Shown piece by piece: positions 1 through 10,852 of a stretch of 64,000 bases of DNA; positions within the stretch are counted from its first letter, which is position 1, and the number at the start of each line of letters is the position of its first letter. The DNA comes from Verrucomicrobiota bacterium. GTDB taxonomy: Bacteria > Verrucomicrobiota > Verrucomicrobiia > Limisphaerales > AAA164-E04. A program made the position numbers and the translations under genes. Where the stretch lies: assembly GCA_047947115.1 (NCBI GenBank), contig CP170459.1, positions 2,592,001-2,656,000 on the forward strand, read 5' to 3'. A model generated the notes under the pieces. It was not told the DNA's origin, made no database searches, and was given only the letters and a program-made list of their open reading frames with translations.

Positions 1-671
1 CGATCATATTCCTTGAACTGATAGATCTCGTCTGTGATTTCAAAAAGAGACCCATTGAAGCATTGGCAGAGAGGGTGATTGGAATCTTCAATGTGCAGTT
101 GAATGGTGGACCCCGCATTCCACGGATGATTGTCAAACCGTGCTCCCATGATCTCGCCATATTCTGGCCAAAGCCGGAAACTGGCTACTCCGGCATGAAT
201 CACTGCCAGCCCTCTGCCTGTCGAAATGAAGCGCACCAGGTTTTGCTTGAGCCGGGTGTCGGTGGCTTCTGCTGCTTTTCGGTCGTTTGAATTCAATTCT
301 CGTACATTTTCCGGCAGGAAGATTTCGTTGTTGGTGTTGTTGAAAAAGATGGCGTCGAACCCCTTCAATTTATCCCACTCGAACCAGGATAAATCTTCGG
401 CTAAAGTCACCTCGAATGCTTTCGTTTTTTGTGCCATTGCCCTGACCAGTTCTCTTCCATAGGGGATGGAGGAGTGTTTGTATCCCCACGCTCTTGAGAA
501 CACGAGCAACTTGCGGGGTGAAAGCGGGTTTGTTGTGGCTGATACTGGAATGGCTTCCCAAATGTCCTGTTTCTCCTTTGGACTGGGTTCCTTGAGTTGG
601 GCATGCAGGTCGAATGCGAGCAAACAGCAGGCCGCCGCGATCAGGGTGCGCGTCTTTGTGTGGGTCTTCAT
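1..671 (-). CDS. ThuA-like (class I GATase-fold) domain protein with signal peptide, partial (runs off the window)
   Basis: Not in the ORF track. Manual translation from ATG 671: MKTHTKTRTLIAAACC...RKLLVFSRAWGYKHSSIPYG...FDAIFFNNT...GLAVIHAG...GARFDNHPW...ITDEIYQF, typical ThuA motifs; open to position 1. Confidence 0.8.
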   Translation of the reverse strand, partial: MKTHTKTRTLIAAACCLLAFDLHAQLKEPSPKEKQDIWEAIPVSATTNPLSPRKLLVFSRAWGYKHSSIPYGRELVRAMAQKTKAFEVTLAEDLSWFEWDKLKGFDAIFFNNTNNEIFLPENVRELNSNDRKAAEATDTRLKQNLVRFISTGRGLAVIHAGVASFRLWPEYGEIMGARFDNHPWNAGSTIQLHIEDSNHPLCQCFNGSLFEITDEIYQFKEYD

Positions 672-679
672 TGTGGGGA

Positions 680-3172
680 CTACTCCTTGCTGTATTGTTC
701 AAAGAGTGCGGCAATGTCCGCCTGTTCCGTGTCGCCCCGGTGGAGTATGAGCCGGTATCTCAACCTGATTGGCTGTTCTCTTGCTAGCGTGACGGGTTCG
801 TTGCCCGGCCAGACCGGGTTCTGACAACTGCCGCTGTTTCGAATCGTCCATCCTTGAGGGTAACCGGGCGTGTCCGGGTGACAGAGAATGGCCTCGCCGG
901 TGATCTTGCCGTCGTGATTGAAGTCAGCTGTGAAGTCCACCCAGGCCTGGGGAACAGATGGCTGCTGAAGGTTGGGTACGACAGGGCCGTCGGAACCGAT
1001 GATTTTCAAGTCCTCGGGGAGGGGGATTCGGGATGAAAAACCGCCATATCCCTTGGTATCCGTCGATCCTCCGAGTCGAACGTTTTCTTCGAGCGCTTTG
1101 AGAGTGATGTCAAAATCGATCAAGCGTCGCTCCGCAGTGGACGCGTGCACCCGAATGGTGGCGTGCTCCTCCACGATGGGAATCATCTTGGCTTTGTCAT
1201 CTGTCCATAGTGGAGATTCCCACAGGACGTCTGTATGGATGGCTGAGGAGGTAGCGTCTCCACTGACCCGGACATCTGTGACGTTCCATTCGAGTCCGCG
1301 TTGTTCCCAAGGATGTCCGATGCGTTTTTCTCCCACCCAGAGTTGTGTCCACGCCCAGAATACGGCGCGGTGATGCGGATGATCTTGGGGCATGTCATGG
1401 GACATGAGGTAACCGTCCAGATCGTAAACAGGATGCACATAGTGTCCTCGTTGATATCGCCCATCTTCGCGTCCGATCGGGTCTTTGATGTATTCGAGTA
1501 CGGCTTGATCGTTCTCAGTAAAACGAAAACCCCCATCGGTTCGGTAAACATTGACTTTCGAAGGTGTGCTCAGGGAGATGAATGCTTGTGGGCCGCCGAC
1601 AGATTTGACATTGGGTGGTGGATTGGGTGTGGTTCTTCTTGGCGCGGGCGTGGATTCTGGGGCAGGTGGTGCGGGTGTGTTTTTCAACAAGCGGTTCAGT
1701 GTGTAAACCATCCATTTGTTGATGAGTGGATGTCCGTCCTGGCTTTTCATATCCTTGATCCTGAGATCGTAGAGTCTCCACGCTTTCATGTCGCCAAGGT
1801 GCAGAGACACGGTTTTCCGATCTTTGGAGATGATCACGCTCGAAACCGGTTCGCGGGTTTGGGCATATTTTCCTGATCCATAGCGTTCATGGTAGTTGTA
1901 GAAGTAACTTTCGATGGTGTAATTCTCCGGATCCGAAGCTGTTTCAGGATTGATAGGCAGGGTGAAAGTAAGATCGAATCCGGACTCGGTGAGGTGCATC
2001 GCCTGGACTTCCAGCGGAGTGACACCATTCCACATCAGTCGTTGAAGTCCGCTGGCACCGACCCAGGCTTCGTGTTTGGTTTGTCCGACCCAAAGGCTTC
2101 CGTCCTCAGGATTGAAAGCGAGCCGGTTGTTTCCCAGATTCATCCCGGCATGGTCGAAGAATGGGATGCAGGCGCCTTGGAATTCGCCATCCACTTTTTC
2201 GAGCATGACACGGATCAACCCGTCGAAATTCATTTCACCAATGAACATCTGTCCTTCAAAAGGACCGAACCGGCCGCCTGTCGTATCGATGATCGGCTGA
2301 GTGGGGGAGTTGGACATCTCGCCGTGAGGGAAGATGACGGATGCCCGTGTCCGCATGCGGTCAAGGTCCGCTACGGGTATATCAAAAGGATGCCTGTTGA
2401 TTTCCCCCCTCCATACCAGGCTGTGAGGGTGTCCGTAAAAGCCTCCCTCGCGTACGTGGAACAATTTGCTGGAACCGACCCAATCGCCCTGGTTGTCAGC
2501 GACCCACAAATTGTCTTCCAGATCCAGCCCGAGCGAGTTTGGTTCGCGAAAGCCGTTGGCCCAGGGGATGGTCTGGCCGTCGGGAGTGACTTTCATGATC
2601 CATCCGCGATAGGGTGCGCTGGAGTTCATGCGTCCGTCGTGTCCGGCGCGACTGTAACTTCCCCGCACTTCGTCGGTGAGGAGGTTCCCGAAGGCGGAAC
2701 CTGTGCCGAGTCCATAGTAGAGGTTGCCTTTCTTGTCCTTGACCGGACCGAAGTTGAATTCCGCGTAGTTGCCCGACATGCCGAAATCGTCCGATACGGT
2801 TTTGAAAAGGTCTGCTTTGCCGTCTTTGTTCCGGTCGACGAGCTGGGTGATCTCCGGACGTTGTGCAACGAGGATTTCGTGGTTGTTGAGCGGGAGGATC
2901 CCGAGAGGAGTGTGCAGGCCTTCAGCGAAAAGATCCCATTGACCCGTGTCGGGGTGGTAGAAAAATATTTTGCTCAGAGACAAAGCGCAAGCCAGGCGCC
3001 CATCGGGCATGAACGCGATGGCATCCGCACTGGTTTCGCCTTCGGGCAGAGGGATGGTTTCGAGATTGTAGTAATCGAGAACCGCCGGTTTTGGATCAAT
3101 TTCCGCACCCGAAAGGACGGCGGACGTCAGCACCAGGATCAGGAAGTGTGTGATGGATTGGATGGGATTCAT
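680..3172 (-). CDS. Secreted PVC-type beta-propeller (glucose/sorbosone dehydrogenase-like) fused to a C-terminal PmoA/DUF6807-like domain
   Basis: 830 aa with signal peptide; propeller motifs (GFREPNSLG, DNQGDW, SPTQP); Pro-rich linker; C-terminal DHPHHRAVFWAW and KGYGGFSSR motifs. Confidence 0.7.
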   Translation of the reverse strand: MNPIQSITHFLILVLTSAVLSGAEIDPKPAVLDYYNLETIPLPEGETSADAIAFMPDGRLACALSLSKIFFYHPDTGQWDLFAEGLHTPLGILPLNNHEILVAQRPEITQLVDRNKDGKADLFKTVSDDFGMSGNYAEFNFGPVKDKKGNLYYGLGTGSAFGNLLTDEVRGSYSRAGHDGRMNSSAPYRGWIMKVTPDGQTIPWANGFREPNSLGLDLEDNLWVADNQGDWVGSSKLFHVREGGFYGHPHSLVWRGEINRHPFDIPVADLDRMRTRASVIFPHGEMSNSPTQPIIDTTGGRFGPFEGQMFIGEMNFDGLIRVMLEKVDGEFQGACIPFFDHAGMNLGNNRLAFNPEDGSLWVGQTKHEAWVGASGLQRLMWNGVTPLEVQAMHLTESGFDLTFTLPINPETASDPENYTIESYFYNYHERYGSGKYAQTREPVSSVIISKDRKTVSLHLGDMKAWRLYDLRIKDMKSQDGHPLINKWMVYTLNRLLKNTPAPPAPESTPAPRRTTPNPPPNVKSVGGPQAFISLSTPSKVNVYRTDGGFRFTENDQAVLEYIKDPIGREDGRYQRGHYVHPVYDLDGYLMSHDMPQDHPHHRAVFWAWTQLWVGEKRIGHPWEQRGLEWNVTDVRVSGDATSSAIHTDVLWESPLWTDDKAKMIPIVEEHATIRVHASTAERRLIDFDITLKALEENVRLGGSTDTKGYGGFSSRIPLPEDLKIIGSDGPVVPNLQQPSVPQAWVDFTADFNHDGKITGEAILCHPDTPGYPQGWTIRNSGSCQNPVWPGNEPVTLAREQPIRLRYRLILHRGDTEQADIAALFEQYSKE

Positions 3173-3199
3173 GATCTTTTGAAGTGGATTATGCGCTGA

Positions 3200-4258
3200 T
3201 TATTTTTTTTCAGTTGGAACAACGATGATGTAGAATTCCTCTGCGTCTTTGTCGCTGAAAACAAATGCGTCCCCTTCGCGTTTGCCCGTCGAATCCAGCT
3301 GGGGTGATTGGTCAGGATCGATCGGAAAACGCAGTTCAACCGTTTGATCGGAAGTGGTGCGAAATCTTCGGACGAGTTTGTTTTCGGTTACGACAAGACG
3401 CTCCTTGAAGTGGATCCGATCCGCTTCGTATTCGAATTCGGGAATGCCGGCCTCATCCAGTGAGTAACCCAGAAACCGCACGTTCGATGGTCGAGTGGGA
3501 GAGTCGGCTCCAAGTAGGAACGGAAACTGATGATCTTCCCGGTAATAAACTATTCCCAAAAGTTTTGCAGGTTTGCGATAGACCTGTTCCATGAAATCTC
3601 CCTGCCAGGCGTATCGGAAACAAACGGCTCCCGCGTCCCAACAATAGGAATGTCCGCCGGGCAGTTTTACCGCGATGGTTGCTGGTCCTGCGTCGGGCAT
3701 AAATCCGCGTTTGACGATGGCCTGGTTTTCGTCGTGATGATGTTCAGCCATGGCGACCATGGGACCTGTGTTCATTTCCTTGGGCTCGGGGGAATCCGTT
3801 ACCCGCATGGTGCCGTACATGATGAATCCATGACCGGGATAAGTGCACACGTAGGGATAGTCGTCTTTTTCCGAGGGGGCTTTGAAGGTGAGTGTAAAGG
3901 AATCATTGGAAGCCACGACTTCGGTGGACCATAACACATTGGGTGAATCGGGAACGAAATGTTTGGCAAGCGCCTGGGTGCCAAGCAGCATGGCTGCCTG
4001 GATGATTTCCATGCGTTTGCCAGGTTTCGTGATCACCAGATTGTGGAGCATGGTGTCTTTGTTTTCGAAAACAAGCCGCACATCTTCCCCGGGTTTCACA
4101 TCAAACCGCTTTACATCGTAACGCAACCCGGGAAGTGTGCCGATCTTGATGACCGTTGGCTCCGCTTGCGTGGATGGAGATGTAAACATTAACAAAACGC
4201 CCAGCAGATACATTCGGGCGATGCTTTCGATGTGTCGTTTGAATGGATTCGATATCAT
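3200..4258 (-). CDS. Cupredoxin (azurin/auracyanin-like blue copper) domain protein
   Basis: Type-1 copper ligands HNLVI...YPYVCTYPGHGFIM; signal peptide; additional C-terminal domain. Confidence 0.8.
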   Translation of the reverse strand: MISNPFKRHIESIARMYLLGVLLMFTSPSTQAEPTVIKIGTLPGLRYDVKRFDVKPGEDVRLVFENKDTMLHNLVITKPGKRMEIIQAAMLLGTQALAKHFVPDSPNVLWSTEVVASNDSFTLTFKAPSEKDDYPYVCTYPGHGFIMYGTMRVTDSPEPKEMNTGPMVAMAEHHHDENQAIVKRGFMPDAGPATIAVKLPGGHSYCWDAGAVCFRYAWQGDFMEQVYRKPAKLLGIVYYREDHQFPFLLGADSPTRPSNVRFLGYSLDEAGIPEFEYEADRIHFKERLVVTENKLVRRFRTTSDQTVELRFPIDPDQSPQLDSTGKREGDAFVFSDKDAEEFYIIVVPTEKK

Positions 4259-4304
4259 GATGAGTGAGCTAAGCGGATGAGGTATGACGGATGGAACGCC
4301 GGTG

Positions 4305-5558
4305 TTATTCTACCACGTGGGAGACCCCTTTCGATAGTTCCCGAACCTTGGTTTCATCAACCTCGATGCCGAGGCCGGAGGCGATTGGGATTTTCAAGGT
4401 GCCGTCTTCTACTTCGAATGGTTGTTTCAAAACATCGGCAGTCAGGAACTGAGGGCCGTTCAAGGCAGCCGGTTTGTCCAATCCATATGCCCCGTAAATA
4501 CCGAGTGCCGCAGCCAGTGAAATATCCGGGTCCGTGAGACCGCTGCCGACCCACATGAGCCCTTCGGACCGAATTGTTTCAATCTGTTCTTTGGAGGAGA
4601 GCAAACCTCCGCAGCGCGAGTGTTTCATCGCCACCCCGTCGATCATTTTCAGTCGAATGAATTCTCTGAGATCTGTCGGTGTGATGACTCCTTCGTCCAT
4701 CAGGATGGGGAGAGCTCCCTGTTTCTTGAGAGCCTGATAGCCGCTGATGCGATTGGGCTTGATGGGGGCTTCCAGAATGTCCACTCCGGCATCCGCCAGT
4801 TTGGGGGCAACTTGAAGGGCAGTTTCCGGATCGTAACCTCCGTTGGCATCCGCCCAGAGAAAAGTGTCCGGCGCATACCTGCGGACTGCTTTGGCAAGAG
4901 CAACGTCGAAGGCGGGATCGGGGGCCACTTTGATGTTGAAATGTTTGAAACCGCGTGCGCGGCCTGCGTCGATCAATGGCTCCACTTGGTCCAATGTCTG
5001 CGGGTTCAGCGTCCAGCTCAAGGTAAGCCGATCTCTTTGAGGGCGCCTCCAGAGTTGTGACAGGGATTGCCTGGCGGCTTTTCCCGTGAGATCGTGCATG
5101 GCCAGATCGATGCCCGCCCGGCTGATGGGCATACCCGTGGTCGCCCCGTCCGCGATGGCGGTGGACATGAGTTTGTAAGCCCCAGCGATATCTGTGGCGT
5201 CGTGACCGATCAGTATCGGCGCAAAATAATCTTTCAGAACAATGGTGCCGGTTTCCAGCGTCTCATAGCTCCACTTGGCGATGGGCACGCTCTGACCCCA
5301 GCCGACCAGACCGTTTTCTGTGGTCATTTTGATGAAAATGGCGGCTCGCCCCAAGGACCCGTGAGGTCCTGTGAAGAATTTGAAGTGCCCGGTCATGGGG
5401 TAGCGGGCCGGAAAGATTTCGATGCGACGGATTTTCATGTCGGTGTTTTCTTCGCTGAGCGTTCGCCCGATCACATTGACCGCGAGCGGGATGGTCGCTG
5501 CAGTTTGAATAAACTTGCGCCGATGGATCTGCTTCAAATGGTTGCCTGGAAGTTTCAT
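4305..5558 (-). CDS. Enolase superfamily (mandelate racemase/muconate lactonizing enzyme-like) protein with Tat-like signal
   Basis: Metal ligands WADAN, ILEAP, LMDEG; MKHSRCGG; RRKFI twin-arginine motif after ATG 5558 (track start at 5792 is probably too long). Confidence 0.8.
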   Translation of the reverse strand: MKLPGNHLKQIHRRKFIQTAATIPLAVNVIGRTLSEENTDMKIRRIEIFPARYPMTGHFKFFTGPHGSLGRAAIFIKMTTENGLVGWGQSVPIAKWSYETLETGTIVLKDYFAPILIGHDATDIAGAYKLMSTAIADGATTGMPISRAGIDLAMHDLTGKAARQSLSQLWRRPQRDRLTLSWTLNPQTLDQVEPLIDAGRARGFKHFNIKVAPDPAFDVALAKAVRRYAPDTFLWADANGGYDPETALQVAPKLADAGVDILEAPIKPNRISGYQALKKQGALPILMDEGVITPTDLREFIRLKMIDGVAMKHSRCGGLLSSKEQIETIRSEGLMWVGSGLTDPDISLAAALGIYGAYGLDKPAALNGPQFLTADVLKQPFEVEDGTLKIPIASGLGIEVDETKVRELSKGVSHVVE

Positions 5559-5968
5559 GTTCGGGTCATGCCCTGTTGTTGAATCGACAGCCATCATAGA
5601 CGATATCAGTTGAATTGTTTTGCGGATCTTGTCTGGTTTGACATGGAAATTGGCGTAAAGGTTTCGAGTTTTGTTGTTTTGACAGGACCCACAGGATGCT
5701 TTTTGGTGAATCTGGGTTACTGGATGGAGCGGGATTGACTTTGATATTGGGGTCAATGATGATCTGTGTATGTTTTCAAGAGTTCTTTTCATTGTTGCTG
5801 TGCTGGTTGCCTTGAAAGTTCATGATTCCTGTGATGCCGGTCAGTTACCCTTTGCTGCACCTGACTCATCTCAATGATCTCAACAGGAATCACGGTGGAC
5901 AGCAGTATTACTTTTGTCATTGGAGTATTGTGCGTGACCTTTTGGTCGGAATGTTTTAGCAAAGAGGC

Positions 5969-6535
5969 ATGACACAGGACGAAGCATTGCAGATTTTTGA
6001 ACAGACCGGAGCCTTGTTAAAGGGGCATTTTGTTTTGCGGAGCGGGTTGCATAGTCGGGAATTTTTTCAGTGTGCTCTTGCTCTTCAGCAAATGCCGATT
6101 GTGGAGCGATTGGGCGAGGGGTTGGCTGCGTCACTTAAATCGCTGGGGGCCACCACGGTTTTGGCTCCTGCCATGGGCGGGTTGGTGATCGGGCAGGAAG
6201 TGGCCCGTCAATTGGGTTTGCGATTCATTTTTGTTGAAAAGGAAGAGGGGAAATTGGTCCTGCGCCGTGGATTCAAGATCCAGCAAGACGAGCGCATCCT
6301 CGTGGTTGAGGATGTCGTCACCAAGGGAGGGCGTGTGGCGGAAACACTCGAAATTGTGCGTCAACATGGTGGCGATGTGAAAGGCATCGGTGTGTTGGTT
6401 GACCGATCCAATGGTTCAGTTGAATTCGGCGTGCCGTTTTGTCCCCTGATCCGGATGAAGGTGGAAACATTCCAGCCTGATGAACTGCCGGACGATTTGA
6501 AAGATGTTGAAGCGGTTAAACCAGGTAGCAAATGA
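5969..6535 (+). CDS. pyrE: Orotate phosphoribosyltransferase
   Basis: GHFVLRSGLHS motif and PRPP-binding VVEDVVTKGG. Confidence 0.93.
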   Translation: MTQDEALQIFEQTGALLKGHFVLRSGLHSREFFQCALALQQMPIVERLGEGLAASLKSLGATTVLAPAMGGLVIGQEVARQLGLRFIFVEKEEGKLVLRRGFKIQQDERILVVEDVVTKGGRVAETLEIVRQHGGDVKGIGVLVDRSNGSVEFGVPFCPLIRMKVETFQPDELPDDLKDVEAVKPGSK

Positions 6536-6545
6536 ACCCCATGGG

Positions 6546-6749
6546 TTATTTCTTTCCCTTACCAACTGAGGCTCCTGATTCGGCTTGATAGGATTTCATT
6601 CCAGACTTCACTGCCGCTCGGATAATAAAAAACAGGGTGGCTCCCCCCAAGAGGAAGCCACCCAATAAAACAACCAGGAAGAAGATTAATTCGGGTTCCT
6701 GAAGACCGCCCATCAAAGCCAGCAGTGGTGAGTATGTCATGGGGAACAT
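6546..6749 (-). CDS. Small single-pass membrane protein
   Basis: 67 aa with a long hydrophobic segment and basic tail; fills the gap between pyrE and the rhodanese gene. Confidence 0.55.
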   Translation of the reverse strand: MFPMTYSPLLALMGGLQEPELIFFLVVLLGGFLLGGATLFFIIRAAVKSGMKSYQAESGASVGKGKK

Positions 6750-6806
6750 ACTTCCAATCTAAAGGTGCTGCGACTATTACAATCGTTCGCTCTTCTTGTA
6801 GAGGAG

Positions 6807-7256
6807 TTATTCTTCAGATTTTTTCGGGGTGCCTTTTTCAGCAGGGAAACCTTCTTTCTCCCAGCCCTTCCAACCGTCGTTCATGTGATAGATGGAGGTG
6901 AATCCGAGGTCCTTAAAGATCTGCATGGAACGACCGCTTCTGCCCCCTGACGCGCAATGGACGAGATAAGATTTCTTACGATCCAGTTTTTCGAGGTTAC
7001 TCTTGAAATTGTTTTCAAAGAAATCGATGTGCTTTGCCTTCTGGATATGCCCGGCGGCGTACTCTTTCATGGTGCGGATATCCAGGATGACCATGTTTTT
7101 GTGCGCGTTGATCAGGGCTGAGGCTTCCTTGGATTTGATCTCATGATAACCTTCCTTTAAAGGAGCCGTGTCGGTTTTTTTGTCTTCGGCATGGGTGTTT
7201 GAAAAGGACAACAGCCCTACGGCACATGCCAACGTCTTGAGTAACCAGTTTTTCAT
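6807..7256 (-). CDS. Secreted rhodanese-like domain protein
   Basis: LDIRT..EYAAGHI and VHCASGGRS active-site loop; signal peptide from ATG 7256. Confidence 0.85.
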   Translation of the reverse strand: MKNWLLKTLACAVGLLSFSNTHAEDKKTDTAPLKEGYHEIKSKEASALINAHKNMVILDIRTMKEYAAGHIQKAKHIDFFENNFKSNLEKLDRKKSYLVHCASGGRSGRSMQIFKDLGFTSIYHMNDGWKGWEKEGFPAEKGTPKKSEE

Positions 7257-7329
7257 ATTAGAATTCGTCATAGATAATGTGTCACTGTGCCATGATTTTG
7301 TTTGGGTGCAAGCCTGCTGAAGGGCGGAT

Positions 7330-9735
7330 TTAGGGAAGATATCGGAAATCAACACAGGAGAACAGTGAATGGACAAGTCCTGCCCAGGCGCTTGAGTGGT
7401 TCTGGTTTGCTGTCAGATTCAGGTAGTCCAGGGCTATGTGCATCTCACTTTCGCTTGGGGCTCTGGAAAGTGTCCTCAGGTAAAGATGATGGATTTTATC
7501 CTGAAGAGGGGCGTCCTGGAGATCGTTTAGGAGACGTTGTGCTGCGAGTTCTGCCTGATCCATGATCCATTCATTGTTCATCAGATAAAGCGATTGGGTA
7601 GGGCGAACACCCGGGATGCGTCTGCCCACCGTGAAGCTTGGGTTCGCAAAATCAAACGCGTCCAGCAGGGCATTTCTGCCTTCTTCGCGAAAAATGGGTA
7701 TGTAAACAGAACGGGCCTTCGGTTGAACGATGTCTTCATAATCCAGTTTGGCATTGCGAAGCGCTGAGTCGCTGGAGGCGGCTCCCGGCAGCATGCTCTC
7801 TATATGGCCTCCTTGAAGTTGCCCGCTTGCGGTCAGGACTGAATCCCTAATGGCCTCAGCGGTCAGGTGGCGACGTTCCATGGCCCAGCGCAAGGCGTTC
7901 TCGGGGTCTTTGTGCCTGTTTTCAGGATGGTTGTTTGAGGACAACCGGTAGGTTTTGGAAAGTACGATCTGGCGTACCAGTTGTTTGGTGGACCATTGAT
8001 TTTCTGAAAAACGGCTGGCCAGGAAATCAAGCAAAGCCGGATGGGATGGGGCATCCCCGGTCGATCCAAAGTTATCCACCGAACGAACGATGCCGCGCCC
8101 AAACAGGTGGTGCCACACACGATTGACATATACGCGTCGAGTCAGAGGGTTCTCGTTCGAACCGATCCAATCAGCCAACTCCAGTCGTCCGCTTTGTCCT
8201 TTTGCTATGGTGGGAGGGGATGGTGTTTGAGGGAATGTGACTTGGAGGAATCCTCGTCGAACAGGATCCCCCAACTGATGGACATTACCTCTTACACACA
8301 ACGCATAATCGCCTGCATCTTTCTCATCTTCGACGCTGATCGCCATGGGTAATGGGGCAGGCGCAGATTGCTTCAAAGCCTTCAAATGATCTTCCAGATA
8401 AGTCAGGTTTGCTTTTTGCTCCGTATTGGGTTCTTTGATTTTTTTGATCTCCTTGAGAGCATCTTCCACTTCTTTCAGTGTCGTTTGATGCGTCTCGTAA
8501 CGGACTTTTTTTTCAGGGGGAACCGGAAGTTCCTGTTCGACCAACCGTGAAACATTGTCGCGGATGAGTGTGCGTGTGCTGCGAAAGATGCCTGCCAGCG
8601 CATAATAATCCACCATGGGGATGGGATCGAATTTATGGTCATGACACCGGACGCACCCCAGTGTCATGCCCAACAGCGATCGGCCAACGGTGTCGATCTG
8701 TTCGTCCACCGTGTTCATGCGCAGCATTTCCTTGTCCTGCAAATCCAGATTCTTCGGCCCGATGGCCAGGAAGGCGGTTGCAATCAATTGCGCGCTGCGC
8801 TGTTCCGGGGTTTTCCAATCCATCAGATCACCGGCCAGTTGTTCGCGGATGAATTGATCGACGGGTTTGTCTTTGTTGAGGGATTCGATGACGTAGTTGC
8901 GATACCTCCATGCATTGGCCAACACTGAACTTCGACCGCCTCCGGTCGATTCCGCATACCTCGCCAGGTCCAGCCAGTGCCGTCCCCATTTCTCGCCGAA
9001 GCCCCTGGATGCCAGTAGATGATCGACTATTTCCTGGTAATGTTTTTCGGATGGATCGGATGCGAATCGCTGGATGTCTGCCGCCGATGGAGGAAGTCCA
9101 GTCAGGTCAAAATAAACACGTCGGAGCAAATCCAGGGGGGCGGCCTCCTCCACGGGCGTGAGGCCTTTCTTTTCCAATTTGGCCAGGATGAAATGGTCGA
9201 CGGGATTGCTTGGCCAGTCGGTTTGTTTCACAGCAGGAATGAGCGGATCTTCCACTGCCCTGAACGACCAGAATTGTCGTCCTGTTTCAAGATCGATCGT
9301 ATCTTCCTTGGACGACTCCAATGCGCCGCTCCTCGGGTCGGGGGCTCCCATTCGGATCCATTGTGTGACCAGGTCAATGTTGTGATCCGGTATCTTGCCT
9401 TTTGGAGGCATTTCCAAATCTGGATCGGTGTATTGCATGGCCTCCAGCAGCAGGCTTTCTTCCGGTTGGCCGGGTTGAATGGCTTTGCCTGAGTCGCCTC
9501 CGATTTCCCAGCCTTGACGAAGATCCAGCCGCAAACCGCCTTTGATCTTGTGCTCTTTCGAATGGCATTCATAACAGTGTTCGATCAGCAGGGGCCGGAT
9601 GTTCTTTTCAAAGAAAGCCACTCCTTCGGTTTCCAGTCCTGAGACCGAGAGAAGGGAACACGCCATCCCGCTTAGGAAGGCAAGATATCTATTCTTCGGC
9701 CTGCAGATCCACCTGTTGATTGATATGATACCCAT
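7330..9735 (-). CDS. PSD1/planctomycete cytochrome c protein (DUF1549 + DUF1553)
   Basis: CYECH and CVRCHDHKFDP heme motifs; RHWLDLARYAES; NRVWHHLFGRG; C-terminal FRYLP. Confidence 0.9.
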   Translation of the reverse strand: MGIISINRWICRPKNRYLAFLSGMACSLLSVSGLETEGVAFFEKNIRPLLIEHCYECHSKEHKIKGGLRLDLRQGWEIGGDSGKAIQPGQPEESLLLEAMQYTDPDLEMPPKGKIPDHNIDLVTQWIRMGAPDPRSGALESSKEDTIDLETGRQFWSFRAVEDPLIPAVKQTDWPSNPVDHFILAKLEKKGLTPVEEAAPLDLLRRVYFDLTGLPPSAADIQRFASDPSEKHYQEIVDHLLASRGFGEKWGRHWLDLARYAESTGGGRSSVLANAWRYRNYVIESLNKDKPVDQFIREQLAGDLMDWKTPEQRSAQLIATAFLAIGPKNLDLQDKEMLRMNTVDEQIDTVGRSLLGMTLGCVRCHDHKFDPIPMVDYYALAGIFRSTRTLIRDNVSRLVEQELPVPPEKKVRYETHQTTLKEVEDALKEIKKIKEPNTEQKANLTYLEDHLKALKQSAPAPLPMAISVEDEKDAGDYALCVRGNVHQLGDPVRRGFLQVTFPQTPSPPTIAKGQSGRLELADWIGSNENPLTRRVYVNRVWHHLFGRGIVRSVDNFGSTGDAPSHPALLDFLASRFSENQWSTKQLVRQIVLSKTYRLSSNNHPENRHKDPENALRWAMERRHLTAEAIRDSVLTASGQLQGGHIESMLPGAASSDSALRNAKLDYEDIVQPKARSVYIPIFREEGRNALLDAFDFANPSFTVGRRIPGVRPTQSLYLMNNEWIMDQAELAAQRLLNDLQDAPLQDKIHHLYLRTLSRAPSESEMHIALDYLNLTANQNHSSAWAGLVHSLFSCVDFRYLP

Positions 9736-9791
9736 GGTGATGCGTCACAATTTATCAGAGTTCCGGAGGAATAAAATAGAAATCGGGCCGG

Positions 9792-10655
9792 TCACCTCCG
9801 GCGCGTGGATCGTTCCTGCATCCACAGGACGTCCGAGTTCTTGGGGGAAGTGATGTTCAAGGGGCGATCCCGTTTGGTGACGGGAGGGAAGGTGCGGGAA
9901 TCCCGCCATACCTTGATTTCGGAGTGTCCATCAGCAAAAGACAGGGTGGCGGCTTTGTTGTGGTAGCTGGCGGGTGTGTTGACCAATCGATGTCGTTCCG
10001 GTTGATCTGGAAAACCCGCCATGTCCACGACAAAGAAACCGTTGTTGATGCTGTCTTCGCGTTCATCCATGAAGACCCAGGTCATCGCCGGACCGGGATC
10101 CTTGATATCGCCCATCATGCGATAAGCCACCCATCCGTGCTTGTCCCGAGGATACCATGGCCCACCATTGCCCCATCCGGCTCCGCCCACCCAGTTGTTG
10201 ATGGCCATGCTGCGGATGCGGGGGACACGTTGGTTTTGTCGATTGATTCCGTAAGATTTATCGCTGGGGCATTTCCAAATGCCGATGGATTCGCCGCAGT
10301 AGGGCCAAAGCGGGCTTTGACGTGTGTAACGGTCGTGATCCCAGTTGTTCGGGTCTCGCAGATCATTCAGGGTCAGCCAGCTTCCTCCTGTCCAATCAGG
10401 TGCGCGGGGATTTGCTCCTGGGGCTCCCTGCCAGGAACCGACCAGTTTGTCCTCATTATCATCCGCGTACCATCGCCAGGCAAAAGCCAACTGGCGATGG
10501 TTATTCATGCAAGTAATGGCCTGGGCTTTGATTTTAGCCTTGCTCAGCGCCGGGAGCAGCATGCCTGCCAGGATGGCGATAATGGCGATGACGACCAATA
10601 ATTCGATCAATGTAAACGCGCTTAGCGCTCTTGTGCCTTGCTGGTGACTCGTCAT
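9792..10655 (-). CDS. Prepilin-type N-terminal cleavage/methylation protein with H-X9-DG domain
   Basis: [25 protein letters not shown] and [14 protein letters not shown]; likely start ATG 10655. Confidence 0.9.
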   Translation of the reverse strand: MTSHQQGTRALSAFTLIELLVVIAIIAILAGMLLPALSKAKIKAQAITCMNNHRQLAFAWRWYADDNEDKLVGSWQGAPGANPRAPDWTGGSWLTLNDLRDPNNWDHDRYTRQSPLWPYCGESIGIWKCPSDKSYGINRQNQRVPRIRSMAINNWVGGAGWGNGGPWYPRDKHGWVAYRMMGDIKDPGPAMTWVFMDEREDSINNGFFVVDMAGFPDQPERHRLVNTPASYHNKAATLSFADGHSEIKVWRDSRTFPPVTKRDRPLNITSPKNSDVLWMQERSTRRR

Positions 10656-10852
10656 CAGTTGATGAAAATTTATGGATTGAGGATCAGCATGAACCCATTT
10701 TCTCAAAAAAGCAGCTTCTTTTGCAGTGAATTTTGAGGGGATCGTATCCTCTCCAAAAGCCCGCTTTGAGGGCACGCTCATTCGAAACCTTCAATTCAGA
10801 GAAATAAAACCTTGCGGTAACCAAGGTGAATCCATTAAGCAAGTGGGGCGTT

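Noticed and set aside
1889..3199. 436-aa plus-strand ORF (and similar long antisense ORFs at 9924-10601, 19523-20164, 55260-55838)
   Set aside because: Antisense shadows of well-supported genes with no recognisable motifs.
5559..5792. N-terminal extension of the enolase-family ORF
   Set aside because: AT-rich promoter-like sequence; the twin-arginine motif fits a start at 5558.
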